Under the pieces are notes generated by a model, which did not search any database, was not told the origin of the DNA, and was given only the letters and a program-made list of their open reading frames with translations. A DNA stretch of 64,000 nt from Thermoplasmatota archaeon (GTDB taxonomy: Archaea; Thermoplasmatota; Thermoplasmata; UBA10834): contig JBFMHR010000003.1 of NCBI GenBank assembly GCA_040751795.1, forward strand, positions 96,001 through 160,000, in the 5' to 3' direction. This document shows, piece by piece, positions 29,443 through 38,895 of the stretch (positions are counted from its first letter, which is position 1; each line of letters begins with the position of its first letter). A program made the position numbers and the translations under genes.

Positions 29443-30000
29443 TCACCCGAACAGCCCGGAGTATATCTCCTGTATCTTCCTGTTCCAGACGTCCTCGAGC
29501 ATGCTCTCGAACCGGTAGTCCAGCCTGACCGCGCGGTCCCCGCTCTCGAACACCAGCCCGCCCCGGCAGTCGATGACGCCGCCGTCAGTCATGCCGGGCG
29601 GGAGCTTCAGGAGGGTCTTGTCGGCGGAGTTGGAGTAGACGTAGCACTCGCCCAGCTCCTTCTTCGCCCTCCCCATGAGCCTCGCGTACATCGCGGCCCG
29701 CTTCTCGGCGGGGTACTGCGACATCTCGGCGAGCACCTGCGCCTTCAGCTCGTCCATCACCTGCCTCTGGGCGGACAGCAGGGCCTTCTTCGACTCCAGC
29801 TCGGCGCTCGAGAGCTCCTGCTGCTCCATCTGGGAGATGTGCGCGTCCGCCCGGGCCGACGCCTTCTGCCTGTGCTCCTCCATCTGGACGTCGGCCTGGG
29901 CGACGAACTCGTCCCGCTCGCGCTCGCCCTGGCGGATGATCTCCTGCCTCCGCTCCTCGCCTCTCCGCAGTATGTCCTCGACTACCTTCTCGAGACTCAC
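29443..30000 (-). CDS. atpE: A-type ATP synthase subunit E
   Basis: MSLEKVVEDI coiled coil, GGLVFES..LDYRFE; GGGGTTGGAG before GTG. Confidence 0.92.
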   Translation of the reverse strand: MSLEKVVEDILRRGEERRQEIIRQGERERDEFVAQADVQMEEHRQKASARADAHISQMEQQELSSAELESKKALLSAQRQVMDELKAQVLAEMSQYPAEKRAAMYARLMGRAKKELGECYVYSNSADKTLLKLPPGMTDGGVIDCRGGLVFESGDRAVRLDYRFESMLEDVWNRKIQEIYSGLFG

Positions 30001-30058
30001 GGTGCTCCAACCCCCTGAGGGTGCCCGGCCTCCCGGTTCCTGCTCCACGGTTCCTTCA

Positions 30059-30280
30059 TCATGCGTTCATTATCAGGAAGGCCACGACGAAGCCGAGGAT
30101 GACGATCGTCTCGGGCAGGACCATCATGATCATGCCCTTTCCGAACATCTTCGGGTTCTCCGCGGTCGCGCCGACCGCCGCCGCACCTACCTGTCCCTGC
30201 GCGACGCCGGTGCCCAGGCCCGCTACGCCTATCGCGATGCCTGCACCGATCATCGCCAGTCCCACTTGTGTCGGGTCCAT
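30059..30280 (-). CDS. atpK: A-type ATP synthase proteolipid subunit K (c), single hairpin
   Basis: Two Gly-rich TM helices; TGVAQ and PET motifs. Confidence 0.96.
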   Translation of the reverse strand: MDPTQVGLAMIGAGIAIGVAGLGTGVAQGQVGAAAVGATAENPKMFGKGMIMMVLPETIVILGFVVAFLIMNA

Positions 30281-30297
30281 TTCTCTCTACCTCCTTC

Positions 30298-32289
30298 TCA
30301 CTTCGTTGCGACTGAATGCTTCCTCAGGTACCTCAGCGGCGAGAACTCCTTCCCGCCGCCCTCGAAGAACTTGAGGAAGAACTCCACATAGTTGAGCCTG
30401 ATGGCCTGGATGCCCGCGGAGAGGGCCCCCAGGAAGAACACGAAGAACATCTGGGTGACGAACAGCGCGACGACGCCGACTACCGCGATGCCGATGTTGT
30501 GGCTCTCGAATATGAGCGGGAACAGCATCGTGTTGAACGCCAGGGCCATCGCGCCCTTGCCCACGGCGAGGGCGGCCAGCCTAGTGTAAGACACGAGGTT
30601 GGTGAACAGGCCGACGACCTCGGACAGGGCCATCGCGCCCTCGGTCAGCGGGAGGCCGATGACGCCGGCCAGGATGAACGCCAGGGCGGGTATCGACACC
30701 TTGATACCCGCTATGTCGGTCCCCGCGTCCGGCACCCACGCCAGCACCGTCCCGTTGACGAACTCGCTCGTCCAGGTCGCGGAGCCCGCGATGTACATGA
30801 TCTCGATGAACAGCCCCAGCAGTATCAGGAGCCATGCGACCTTGGCGAAGGCGTGCTTGCGGTTGTGGTGTATCTGGTTGACGAAGCCGAGCACGAAGCC
30901 CAGGGTCAGGTGCACCCAGCCCGCGAGCAGGGACAGCGCGAGCATCTCCTTGATGTCCGTCATCTTGTCCAGGACCGGGTGTATGGGGATGTCCGCGACG
31001 GACTCCCACGAGTGCTCGTCCGGGTGGGCCTCCGGCGGGTGGAACGGGACCCCGAAGGCCTCCGCGAACACCAGGAGCCCGAACAGGCTCGCCATGATCC
31101 CTCCGGCCAGGACGATCGTCCCGAGCTTCTGCAGGTCCGGGGACCCCTTCAGCTTGAGGCGCATCACCGCCCCGAGGGCGGCGAGCCCGAGGCCGAACCC
31201 CAGGTCGCCGATCATGAACCCGAAGAAGAGCGGGAACGTGAGGAAGAGGATTATCGTCGGGTCGACCTCCTCGTACTTGGGGGTCGACACCAGGTCGATG
31301 AAGAACTCGAACGGCTTGACGGGCTTGGGGTTCCTGAGGAGGACCGGCGGCTCGTCCCCCGCCTCCTTGGGGAGCGTCTCCACGAATGCCAGGCCGCAGC
31401 AGAGCGAGCTGAGCGAGTTCTGGAGCCCGTCGACCTTGGAGGTCGGGAGCCACCCGTCCATGACGAACGAGTTGGTCGTCGCGGCGATCCTCAGGGGCGT
31501 CTCGGCCTTCATGACCTCTATCGAGAGGTCCTCCTCCGAGGCGATGATCAGGTCGGCGAACTTCCTCCTGATGGCCTCGAGGTCCCCCTCGATCCGGACC
31601 AGGTCCTTCTCGAGCGCGGCGATGTCGGCCCTGTTCTTCGAGATGATGGCCGACGGGTCGCCGGCCGCCTTCGGGAGCTTCAGCTCCTGGAACCCGTGCT
31701 CGGTGAGTATCCTCGTGGCCTCGGGCCGGTCCGTGGCCATGCCGAACACCGCGACCGCGACGTCCCCCTTCCTCGGGTTCCTGAGCACATCGGCCCCGGG
31801 GAGCCTGGCTCGCAGCGCAGCCTCGGGGTCGGCCCTGCATGTCCCGACCATCGAGAATATCGTCTCGTACCCCTCGTAGTCCTCGACGGGGATGCCGAAG
31901 GGCGCGATCGGCTCGAGCGCCTTGATCTCCGACTCCTTGTCGCGGATGAGGGACTGGATCCTCTGCTTCGCCTCCGCCTTCTTCGATGTGTTGAGGTCGA
32001 GCGTGACGAGCGCCTGGTCGAGCGTCCTCCGTATGTCGGAGGTCGCCATCCTCTCGGTGGGCTTGTGGGAGTCGATCGACAGGGCGCGTATCATGGCCCG
32101 GAGCTTCAGGAGCTTCTGCGAGGCCTCCGACGCGCTCGGCAGCGGCTCGCCGATCTTGAACTCCTCGTCCTGCTCGGTGAAGTCTATGAGGTGCAGTACT
32201 CCCAGCTCGTAAAGGCACTCGATCGTGACATCGAGGCTCTCGATGGACCCGACGACTACCGCGCGGGTCATCTCCTCCGGCCTAAGCAT
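30298..32289 (-). CDS. atpI: A-type ATP synthase subunit I (a)
   Basis: PKYEEVDPT, FFGFMIGDLG, SYTRL, IRLNYVEFF. Confidence 0.97.
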   Translation of the reverse strand: MLRPEEMTRAVVVGSIESLDVTIECLYELGVLHLIDFTEQDEEFKIGEPLPSASEASQKLLKLRAMIRALSIDSHKPTERMATSDIRRTLDQALVTLDLNTSKKAEAKQRIQSLIRDKESEIKALEPIAPFGIPVEDYEGYETIFSMVGTCRADPEAALRARLPGADVLRNPRKGDVAVAVFGMATDRPEATRILTEHGFQELKLPKAAGDPSAIISKNRADIAALEKDLVRIEGDLEAIRRKFADLIIASEEDLSIEVMKAETPLRIAATTNSFVMDGWLPTSKVDGLQNSLSSLCCGLAFVETLPKEAGDEPPVLLRNPKPVKPFEFFIDLVSTPKYEEVDPTIILFLTFPLFFGFMIGDLGFGLGLAALGAVMRLKLKGSPDLQKLGTIVLAGGIMASLFGLLVFAEAFGVPFHPPEAHPDEHSWESVADIPIHPVLDKMTDIKEMLALSLLAGWVHLTLGFVLGFVNQIHHNRKHAFAKVAWLLILLGLFIEIMYIAGSATWTSEFVNGTVLAWVPDAGTDIAGIKVSIPALAFILAGVIGLPLTEGAMALSEVVGLFTNLVSYTRLAALAVGKGAMALAFNTMLFPLIFESHNIGIAVVGVVALFVTQMFFVFFLGALSAGIQAIRLNYVEFFLKFFEGGGKEFSPLRYLRKHSVATK

Positions 32290-32608
32290 CGGCTGCCCTC
32301 TCGAACTCCGAAAGGACCAGAGCCTTCACCTTGCCCGAGTTCCTGCGGGCCCGCGAGACGAGGGCCTCCGCCTTCCTCGCGCCCTCGGCGAGGACGGCCT
32401 GCTTCCGCGCGTCCACCGCCCTCTTCGCCTCGGCGTGGCGGGCGTCGACCTGCTTCCGGAGCTCGGAGTCGGCCGCCTCTACCCTCTCCAGCGCCCGCCT
32501 CTTCCCGTCGGCCTGGAGCTGCTTGCGCTTATCCTCCGCATCCTTGACGACGGTGCGGACATGCTCCTCCGCCACCTTGATCTGGTGAAGGATCTCAGCC
32601 TTCCCCAT
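32282..32608 (-). CDS. atpH: A-type ATP synthase subunit H
   Basis: EILHQIKVAEE, helical; first gene of operon; TATTTATA promoter ~32643-32651 (-). Confidence 0.88.
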   Translation of the reverse strand: MGKAEILHQIKVAEEHVRTVVKDAEDKRKQLQADGKRRALERVEAADSELRKQVDARHAEAKRAVDARKQAVLAEGARKAEALVSRARRNSGKVKALVLSEFERAADA

Positions 32609-32692
32609 GTTGACACGTCCCCTGTGCTGATGCTGGTTTCCGTATAAATATGCTACTAGTTCGCCTGGCGGCGCCAGACTGCCGGGGCGCGC

Positions 32693-33184
32693 CTAGCCGG
32701 AGAGCTTCCTCTCGAAGACCTTCTTGTCCATCCTCGCGACCTTGACGCCGGCCTGCTCGAGCAGCTCCAGCCCCGACAGGTCCGAGTAGTCCCCGATGTA
32801 CACGACGCGCGCGACCTGCGCGTTCATAATCATGCGCGCGCAGATCGGGCAGGGGACGATGGTCGAGTAGAGGGTCGAGCCGCGGGCGTTCGTCCCGGCC
32901 TGAAGGAGGGCGTTCTGCTCGGCGTGCACCGCGGTGCACGTCTCGAGCCTCGTGCCGGACGGGATGTTGAGCCGGTCCCTGATGCACCCCATCTCCTCGC
33001 AGTGGGGGAGGCCGCGGGGGTTGCCGTTGTAGCCCGTGCTCTTGATCTCCCCGTGCTCGCTCACGATTATCGCGCCTATGTGCCTGCGCGTGCAGGTGCT
33101 CCTCCGGCTGACCTCGATGGCTATGTTCATGAAGTACTCGTCCTTCGAGATCCTCTTGTTGCCGTGCTCGGACAAAGGCACCAC
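32693..33184 (-). CDS. dCMP deaminase family protein
   Basis: RSTC, TGYNG, HAEQNA, PCPIC. Confidence 0.93.
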   Translation of the reverse strand: MVPLSEHGNKRISKDEYFMNIAIEVSRRSTCTRRHIGAIIVSEHGEIKSTGYNGNPRGLPHCEEMGCIRDRLNIPSGTRLETCTAVHAEQNALLQAGTNARGSTLYSTIVPCPICARMIMNAQVARVVYIGDYSDLSGLELLEQAGVKVARMDKKVFERKLSG

Positions 33185-33320
33185 TCTGGCGGTCTGAAGA
33201 CGCTTAGTGCATTTCTACCTTTGCCCCCGGCAGGCCCGGACCCAATGCTTACTTATGCCTCCACGCACTACACATCGACGGTGCTACGACGGTAGGGCCG
33301 GTGCTCCCTTGAAGAACAAG

Positions 33321-33902
33321 ATGAAGGTCATCGCGGCGGCGCTCGCAGTGGCCGCGATAGCGATGTTGGCCTACTCCCTGTTGACGGGCGTCCCTACCGA
33401 CGAGGACACCACCGACCACCCCGGCATGTGGGACCCCGACCGGGCGTACTCGGACTACGGCCTCGTGGTCATCGTCGCGGCGTCGTTCCTGATCGCCGTC
33501 GCGGTCATGTTCATACTCCTCAGGGAGGAGTACGTGCCCCTGCCGCCCTCGATGACGCCGCCCCCGCCCCCTCCGCCGGAGAGGGCCCCGGCGGCGGAGC
33601 CCGTGCCGGTGCCCGATGCCGCCCCTCCCGAGGGCCCGGAGGAGAAGGCCGCCCGCCCCACCGAGGAGGTGGAGGCGGAGGAGAACTACCTCGTCCTGAG
33701 GCTCCTGTCCGGGGACGAGAGGGCCATGTTCAAGGCGATCATGGACTCCAAGGGGGAGGCCCTGCAGAAGGACCTGATGCAACGTACGAATATGTCCAAC
33801 GCCAAGGTCTCCCGGGTCCTGGAGAAGCTCGAGCAGAAAGGCGTCGTGTCGAAGGAGCGGTACGGCTCGACGAACAAGATACGGATCAGGCTCAGGACCT
33901 GA
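33321..33902 (+). CDS. Membrane-anchored winged-HTH transcriptional regulator (COG2512-like)
   Basis: Two TM segments, Pro-rich linker, LLSGDER..GEALQKDL..SNAKVSRVLEKLEQKGVV..YGSTNKI. Confidence 0.85.
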   Translation: MKVIAAALAVAAIAMLAYSLLTGVPTDEDTTDHPGMWDPDRAYSDYGLVVIVAASFLIAVAVMFILLREEYVPLPPSMTPPPPPPPERAPAAEPVPVPDAAPPEGPEEKAARPTEEVEAEENYLVLRLLSGDERAMFKAIMDSKGEALQKDLMQRTNMSNAKVSRVLEKLEQKGVVSKERYGSTNKIRIRLRT

Positions 33903-33921
33903 GAACGGGGGGTCCGAGGGG

Positions 33922-33962
33922 TCACTTTTCAGAAAAGTGAGAACGTTCCGGGCACTTTTCAG
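33922..33962. promoter_or_regulatory. Palindromic operator plus extra half-site
   Basis: TCACTTTTC-A-GAAAAGTGA at 33922-33940; CACTTTTCAG repeated at 33953-33962. Confidence 0.65.
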
Positions 33963-34067
33963 GATACCTCCAAATACCCTTTCACCGAAGGTCTAACACA
34001 AGAGGCGCGAAGGGCGGACGGGGTCTCCCCCCTGCCCCCGCGCCGGAAAAGGAAGAGGTGAACAAGG

Positions 34068-34379
34068 ATGAAGGCGACAATGATAGCCGCGATCGTTGGA
34101 GTGGTCGCGGTCCTCGGCTTCGCCGGGGTCGCGGCGGCTAGCGGCGCCCTGACGGCTTCGGGCTCGGACACGAGCGCGGACTCGGGCTCGAAGAAGGGCA
34201 TGGGGGCGAGCGACGGCGACGGTTCCGGGAACATGTGGAAGCACATGTGGGAGCACATGTGGCAGTGGATGTTCGGCGGCAACACGACCGAGACGCCCCA
34301 CGACTACAGCTACGACTACAACTACTCCTACGAGTACGACGTGGTCGACTGCCCCAGCGCCAACTGCACCTGCGGTTGA
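34068..34379 (+). CDS. Small secreted low-complexity protein (MWxH and DY/xY repeats, C-terminal Cys cluster)
   Basis: GAGGTGA SD; signal peptide ending VAAA; MWKHMWEHMWQWM; DYSYDYNYSYEY; CPSANCTCG. Confidence 0.78.
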   Translation: MKATMIAAIVGVVAVLGFAGVAAASGALTASGSDTSADSGSKKGMGASDGDGSGNMWKHMWEHMWQWMFGGNTTETPHDYSYDYNYSYEYDVVDCPSANCTCG

Positions 34380-34503
34380 TCGAGGAGCGGTCACTCGGCA
34401 AACCCCTTAACATGATTCATTCTGATACTCGCCGGCGGCCATGGGCACGTCGGCGCGGGGGCTGACCATATTGGTTTTATACCAATGCGCCACTGTACGC
34501 GTC

Positions 34504-35451
34504 GTGTCTAGCGAGTCAGGCGGCCGGGAGAGGAAGAAGCTCTCGCCGACCATGCTGTTCCTGCGCGACGCCGGGATCGCCCTGATCTTCGTGGCGAGCG
34601 TCCTCCTCGCGATGTACGCCTACACGGGCCTTTGGCCCCCGCTCGTCGTGGTCGAGTCGGGGAGCATGATGCACAGCGAGGAGAACGTCAGCTACATAGG
34701 CGTCATAGACACCGGGGACCTCGTCCTCGTCAAGTCGCTCGACTCGCCCTCTGAGATCGAGACGTACATGGACGGCTACGTCTCCGGGCACCGCACCTAC
34801 GACGACTACGGGGACGTGATCATCTACCTCCCGGGGGGCAACGAGCTCGCGACCCCCATAATCCACAGGGCGGTCCTCTACCTCGAGGCGAACTCCGACG
34901 GGGACAGCTTCAGGTGCGAGGCGCTGAGGGACGTCGACGACGGGAAGTGGGACACGACGGACCCCGGCGACACCTGGGACCGCCTCACGAGCACCATCCG
35001 GATCTACGACTACGGCTTCCAGTCCGAGACGGTCTCGATAGACACGACCAGGCTCGTGGTGGCGGACGGGTACGTCACCAGGGGGGACCACAACGACAAC
35101 ATCGACCAGGCCTACTCCAGCCGGAACACCCCCGTCAAGGTCTCCTGGGTCGTCGGGAAGGCCAGGGGCGAGATCCCCTGGTTCGGGCTCCTGAAGCTCT
35201 GGTCCACCGACACCCTCAAGGACGACGCCCCGCCGAACAGCGTCAGGAACCTCTGGATCAGCATGGCCTTCATCGTCATCGGGCCCATAATGCTCGATGT
35301 GTTCATCACCTACAAGATCAGGAAGAAGATCGCGAGGAAGCGCGAGGCGGCCATCAGGGAGTACCAGGCCGAGCAGAGCAGGATGCAGCCGCTCCAGCCC
35401 GAGAAGGAGGCGCCCCCGGACCCTCCAGCGGGCCCGGGCGGCCCGGCCTGA
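34504..35451 (+). CDS. S26 family signal peptidase I (Sec11-type)
   Basis: VVESGSM, GDLV, PIIHR, TRGDHN, ARGEIPWFG; start uncertain. Confidence 0.9.
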   Translation: MSSESGGRERKKLSPTMLFLRDAGIALIFVASVLLAMYAYTGLWPPLVVVESGSMMHSEENVSYIGVIDTGDLVLVKSLDSPSEIETYMDGYVSGHRTYDDYGDVIIYLPGGNELATPIIHRAVLYLEANSDGDSFRCEALRDVDDGKWDTTDPGDTWDRLTSTIRIYDYGFQSETVSIDTTRLVVADGYVTRGDHNDNIDQAYSSRNTPVKVSWVVGKARGEIPWFGLLKLWSTDTLKDDAPPNSVRNLWISMAFIVIGPIMLDVFITYKIRKKIARKREAAIREYQAEQSRMQPLQPEKEAPPDPPAGPGGPA

Positions 35452-36687
35452 TCACATCAGGGTCGTCTGGAACCGGAGCTTGTAGTTCTTCAGCTGGCCG
35501 AGGGTCTCGTCCTCCTCTATGACCCTCTTGGCCTCCATGGACGGGACGCTCAGCTCTATCTCCTTCGTCCTGCCGCCCCTGCCGAACGACTTCACGCGGG
35601 CGTGGACCAGCCCGAGCATGTCCAGCTCCGACACCAGGTCCGTGACCCTCCTCTGGGTGAGCACGGTGGTGGAGGTGCACTCGCAGAGCTCCTTGTAGGT
35701 CTCGTAGAGGTCGCCCGTGGTGAGCTTGCCCAGGCCGCGCTCCTCGGTCATCAGGACCCCCAGGAGGATCATCTTCGACTGGAGCGGGAGCGTGCGTATG
35801 GCCTCGGTGACGCAGTCGAGCTCGATCTTGTTCTTCGCCCTGACGACGTCGGAGTCCGTGACCGAGGTCATGTGGTTCCTCTCGGCGATCTCGGCCGCCA
35901 CCCTCAGGAGGTCGAGCGCCCTCCTGGCGTCCCCGTGTTCCTGCGCGGCGAGCGCGGCGCAGAGCGGGATGACGGACGGCTCGAGCGCGCTCTGCTCGAA
36001 GGCGAGGGCGGCGCGCTGGCCCAGGATGTCCCGCAGCTGCTCCGCGTTGTAGGGCGGGAACACCATCTTCTCCTCGCTGAGCGAGCTCTTGACCCTGGGG
36101 TCCAGGAACTCGGTGAACTTGAGGTCGTTGGAGATGCCGATGACGCTGACCTTGGCGTTCCTCAGGTCGTCGTTGATGCGGCAGAGGTGGTAGAGGACGT
36201 CGTCACCGCTCTTCGAGACCAGCTTGTCGATCTCGTCGAGGACTATGACGATGACCCTCCTCTCCTCGTCGATCTTCTCCCTGAGTATGTTGTAGACCCT
36301 CTCGGTGCTCCAGCCCGTGAAGGGTATGCGCTGGTCGAAGTCCTCGATGAACATGTTCCCGATGTTCTGGAGCACCCCGTACTGGGTGTCCACGACCTCG
36401 CAGTTCATGTAGAGGAAGCTGACGTTGCGGAGGTCGGAGCTGGCCCGCTCGATCTCCTTGCCGATGTACTTGATGGTGGCCGTCTTGCCCGTGCCGGTCT
36501 TGCCGAACAGGAGGACGTTCGACGGCCTCTGCCCCTCGAGGGCTGAGACCAGGACCGACGCCAGCTGGTTGATCTGCTCCTCGCGGTGGGGCAGCACGTC
36601 GGGTATGTACGATGGCCTCAGGACGTCCCTGTCGCCCTTGAAGACGGACTTCGTCCTGATGTACTGCTGGAATATGGTGTCCTGCAT
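35452..36687 (-). CDS. cdc6: Orc1/Cdc6 replication initiator
   Basis: LPHRE, GKTGTGKT, LDEID, LDPRVKSSL, FPPY, HGDARRALDLL, GRGGRT wing. Confidence 0.98.
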   Translation of the reverse strand: MQDTIFQQYIRTKSVFKGDRDVLRPSYIPDVLPHREEQINQLASVLVSALEGQRPSNVLLFGKTGTGKTATIKYIGKEIERASSDLRNVSFLYMNCEVVDTQYGVLQNIGNMFIEDFDQRIPFTGWSTERVYNILREKIDEERRVIVIVLDEIDKLVSKSGDDVLYHLCRINDDLRNAKVSVIGISNDLKFTEFLDPRVKSSLSEEKMVFPPYNAEQLRDILGQRAALAFEQSALEPSVIPLCAALAAQEHGDARRALDLLRVAAEIAERNHMTSVTDSDVVRAKNKIELDCVTEAIRTLPLQSKMILLGVLMTEERGLGKLTTGDLYETYKELCECTSTTVLTQRRVTDLVSELDMLGLVHARVKSFGRGGRTKEIELSVPSMEAKRVIEEDETLGQLKNYKLRFQTTLM

Positions 36688-37092
36688 CTAGCTGCCCCCG
36701 AAAGGAAAAAACGTTCCTTTCCCCTCCCCCGGCGCTTCCTGTGGAAGCCGCTCTCGGAATCCACTTGAAACGGTGGGATTTGGGGAATCGCGCGCACCGT
36801 ACTTAAGCGTTAATATTATCCTGGAAATTCATTTTTTGCGCAGCCCGTAAATTTTGGGGTTCCGGGCGAGCCAGATGAGGGGGACTCGTGCGCGGGCCGT
36901 GCGCGTGCGGGCGATGCTCGACCCCGTACATTGCGAAGGGGCCCCCCTCCTTTTCCGGTGCAGTCCGCGGCACGGGGGCGGGATGCGCGTCCCGCCTCAT
37001 AGCTCCACCGGAATCGCCGGTCGGACGACCACCCCTTCTAGTCGAAATCCGTCAGCGGAACCGATATCTTCCCGCGAACGCGTTACCTCGGG
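36688..37092. other. Putative replication origin (oriC) with ORB elements
   Basis: ORB-like boxes with G-strings at ~36721-36747 (-), 36760-36785 (+), 36942-36963 (-); AT-rich 36801-36855; directly upstream of cdc6. Confidence 0.75.
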
Positions 37093-37101
37093 GTGACGTG
37101 G

Positions 37102-38403
37102 ATGAGAGCAATCGTCTTTTCGAGGTCCGCCGATACCTCCGAGATCATCTCACTCCTTGATACGTTACGTATCGACGTAGTAAAGGAATACGTACAGAAG
37201 AAGGAGGCGCACCCGACGAGCTACCTCGGTCCGGGTAAGTTGGAGGAGATCTCGGACGAGGTGAAGCGCGCCGACCCGGACTTCGTCGTGGTTAACGACC
37301 AGCTGAAGCCGTCCCAACACCACTTCCTCGAGATGAAGTTCCAGAAGGAGTGCATGGACAGGACCGGGGTGATCCTGAGGATATTCTCGGAGCATGCGCA
37401 CACGCCGGAGGCCATAGCTCAGGTGCAGCTCGCCCGCCTGAGGTACGAGCAGCCCTTCCTGAGGGAGTGGATACACAAGGCGAAGAGCGGGGAGAGGCCG
37501 GGGTTCTTGGCGGGAGGCGCGTACGCCACCGACGTCTACTACGAGCACGCCAAGTCACACATACGGAGGATAGAGGCGAGGCTGGAGGAGCTGTCGAGGA
37601 AGAGGGAGGTCAAGAGGAGCAGGAGGCACGAGGAGGGGTTCACCCTCGTCTCCCTGGCTGGATACACCAACGCTGGTAAGTCCGCCCTCATGAACGCCCT
37701 GTGCGGGTCCGAGGTCGAGGTGAGCTCCCAGCTCTTCTCCTCCCTCTCCACCACGACCAGGAGGGTGAGGGGGGTGAAAGGGAAGGTGCTGGCCATAGAC
37801 ACGGTCGGCTTCATCAGGGACCTCCCGACGGACCTCGTGGACGCGTTCAAGTCGACCCTGGAGGAGGTCTTCTTCGCAGACCTGATCCTGCTGGCGTTCG
37901 ATGCGAGCGAGGACGACAGGACCATCAGGAGGAAGCTCGAGACGTCGATGGACATCCTCATGCCCAGGATGGGCGAGGGGCAGGTCCTGGTCGTGGGCAC
38001 CAAGGTCGACCGTGTCTCCAAGGATAGGATGGACGAGGTGGACGCCCTCATCAGACCGGTCATCGGGCCGATGGACGTGGTGATGACGTCCTCCACATCG
38101 GGTCACGGACTCGAGACGCTGAGGGAGAGGATCTCGGACGTCCAAGGCCACACGTACGGGCTGGATGCGGTCCTCCCGTTGACCGACGCGAGCTTCAGCC
38201 TCCTGTCGCGCCTCCATAACGTCGCAGAGGTGTCGCACAGGGTCGAGGACGGCCAGCTCAGGGCGGAGCTGTGGTGCGGCCCGTCGGAGGCCGACAAGGT
38301 CCGCGGGTGGCTCTTGGCCGCCGGCGCGAAGGTCGTATCAGACGGTGAAAGGAAGGGCGGGCGCCGCCCCCGCCGTCCAACGGAAACGAAGGGGCCCCCC
38401 TGA
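37102..38403 (+). CDS. hflX: GTPase HflX
   Basis: YLGPGKLEE, LRIFSEHA, GYTNAGKS, DTVGFI, AFKSTLEE. Confidence 0.94.
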   Translation: MRAIVFSRSADTSEIISLLDTLRIDVVKEYVQKKEAHPTSYLGPGKLEEISDEVKRADPDFVVVNDQLKPSQHHFLEMKFQKECMDRTGVILRIFSEHAHTPEAIAQVQLARLRYEQPFLREWIHKAKSGERPGFLAGGAYATDVYYEHAKSHIRRIEARLEELSRKREVKRSRRHEEGFTLVSLAGYTNAGKSALMNALCGSEVEVSSQLFSSLSTTTRRVRGVKGKVLAIDTVGFIRDLPTDLVDAFKSTLEEVFFADLILLAFDASEDDRTIRRKLETSMDILMPRMGEGQVLVVGTKVDRVSKDRMDEVDALIRPVIGPMDVVMTSSTSGHGLETLRERISDVQGHTYGLDAVLPLTDASFSLLSRLHNVAEVSHRVEDGQLRAELWCGPSEADKVRGWLLAAGAKVVSDGERKGGRRPRRPTETKGPP

Positions 38404-38404
38404 C

Positions 38405-38797
38405 CTAGAGCCCGAACTCCTTCTTCTTCGCGAGGACCTCGTCCTCGTACCTCTGGGGCAGGGACCACGCGAGGAACTCGATGTCGTCCAGGTTCCGCAC
38501 GAACTTCGCCTTGCTCGGGGTCTTGATCAGGTCGTCGAGCTCCTTGGTCTTCTTCACGAAGTCGTAGAGCCACCATATCGATATGGCCAGCCCCAGGGGC
38601 CCGACCACGACCAGCCAGTACGCCCACGAGCCGATCGGCTCGGTGAGGTCCGTCAGGAACACCAGGTAGGACGGCAGGTCCTCCTCCAGGAACACCCCGA
38701 CCACCCCGACGACCGTCAGGAAACTGAAGACCACGATGAACAGGCCCGCCAGCTCCAGCCTGAACTCCGTCAGTACCCCTTTCGGCACTTGCCTCAC
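38405..38797 (-). CDS. DUF3198-like membrane protein
   Basis: Two TM segments; GSWAYW; SKAKFVRNLDDIE..LP. Confidence 0.75.
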   Translation of the reverse strand: MRQVPKGVLTEFRLELAGLFIVVFSFLTVVGVVGVFLEEDLPSYLVFLTDLTEPIGSWAYWLVVVGPLGLAISIWWLYDFVKKTKELDDLIKTPSKAKFVRNLDDIEFLAWSLPQRYEDEVLAKKKEFGL

Positions 38798-38895
38798 CTC
38801 AGGGACCGATAACCCGAACCCCTTTTAAAATGATTCTGCAGGCCGGGCTGCATGCAGCCCCCCTCGATATAGGGCCCCCGCCCCATCCCGCGGCC

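Noticed and set aside
34231-34340. 12-bp and GACTAC tandem DNA repeats as a VNTR or mini-CRISPR
   Set aside because: They are in-frame codon repeats explained by the peptide motifs MWxH and DY
34480-34496. ATTGGT-TTTAT-ACCAAT inverted repeat at the signal peptidase promoter
   Set aside because: 6-bp arms are within chance expectation for an AT-rich promoter
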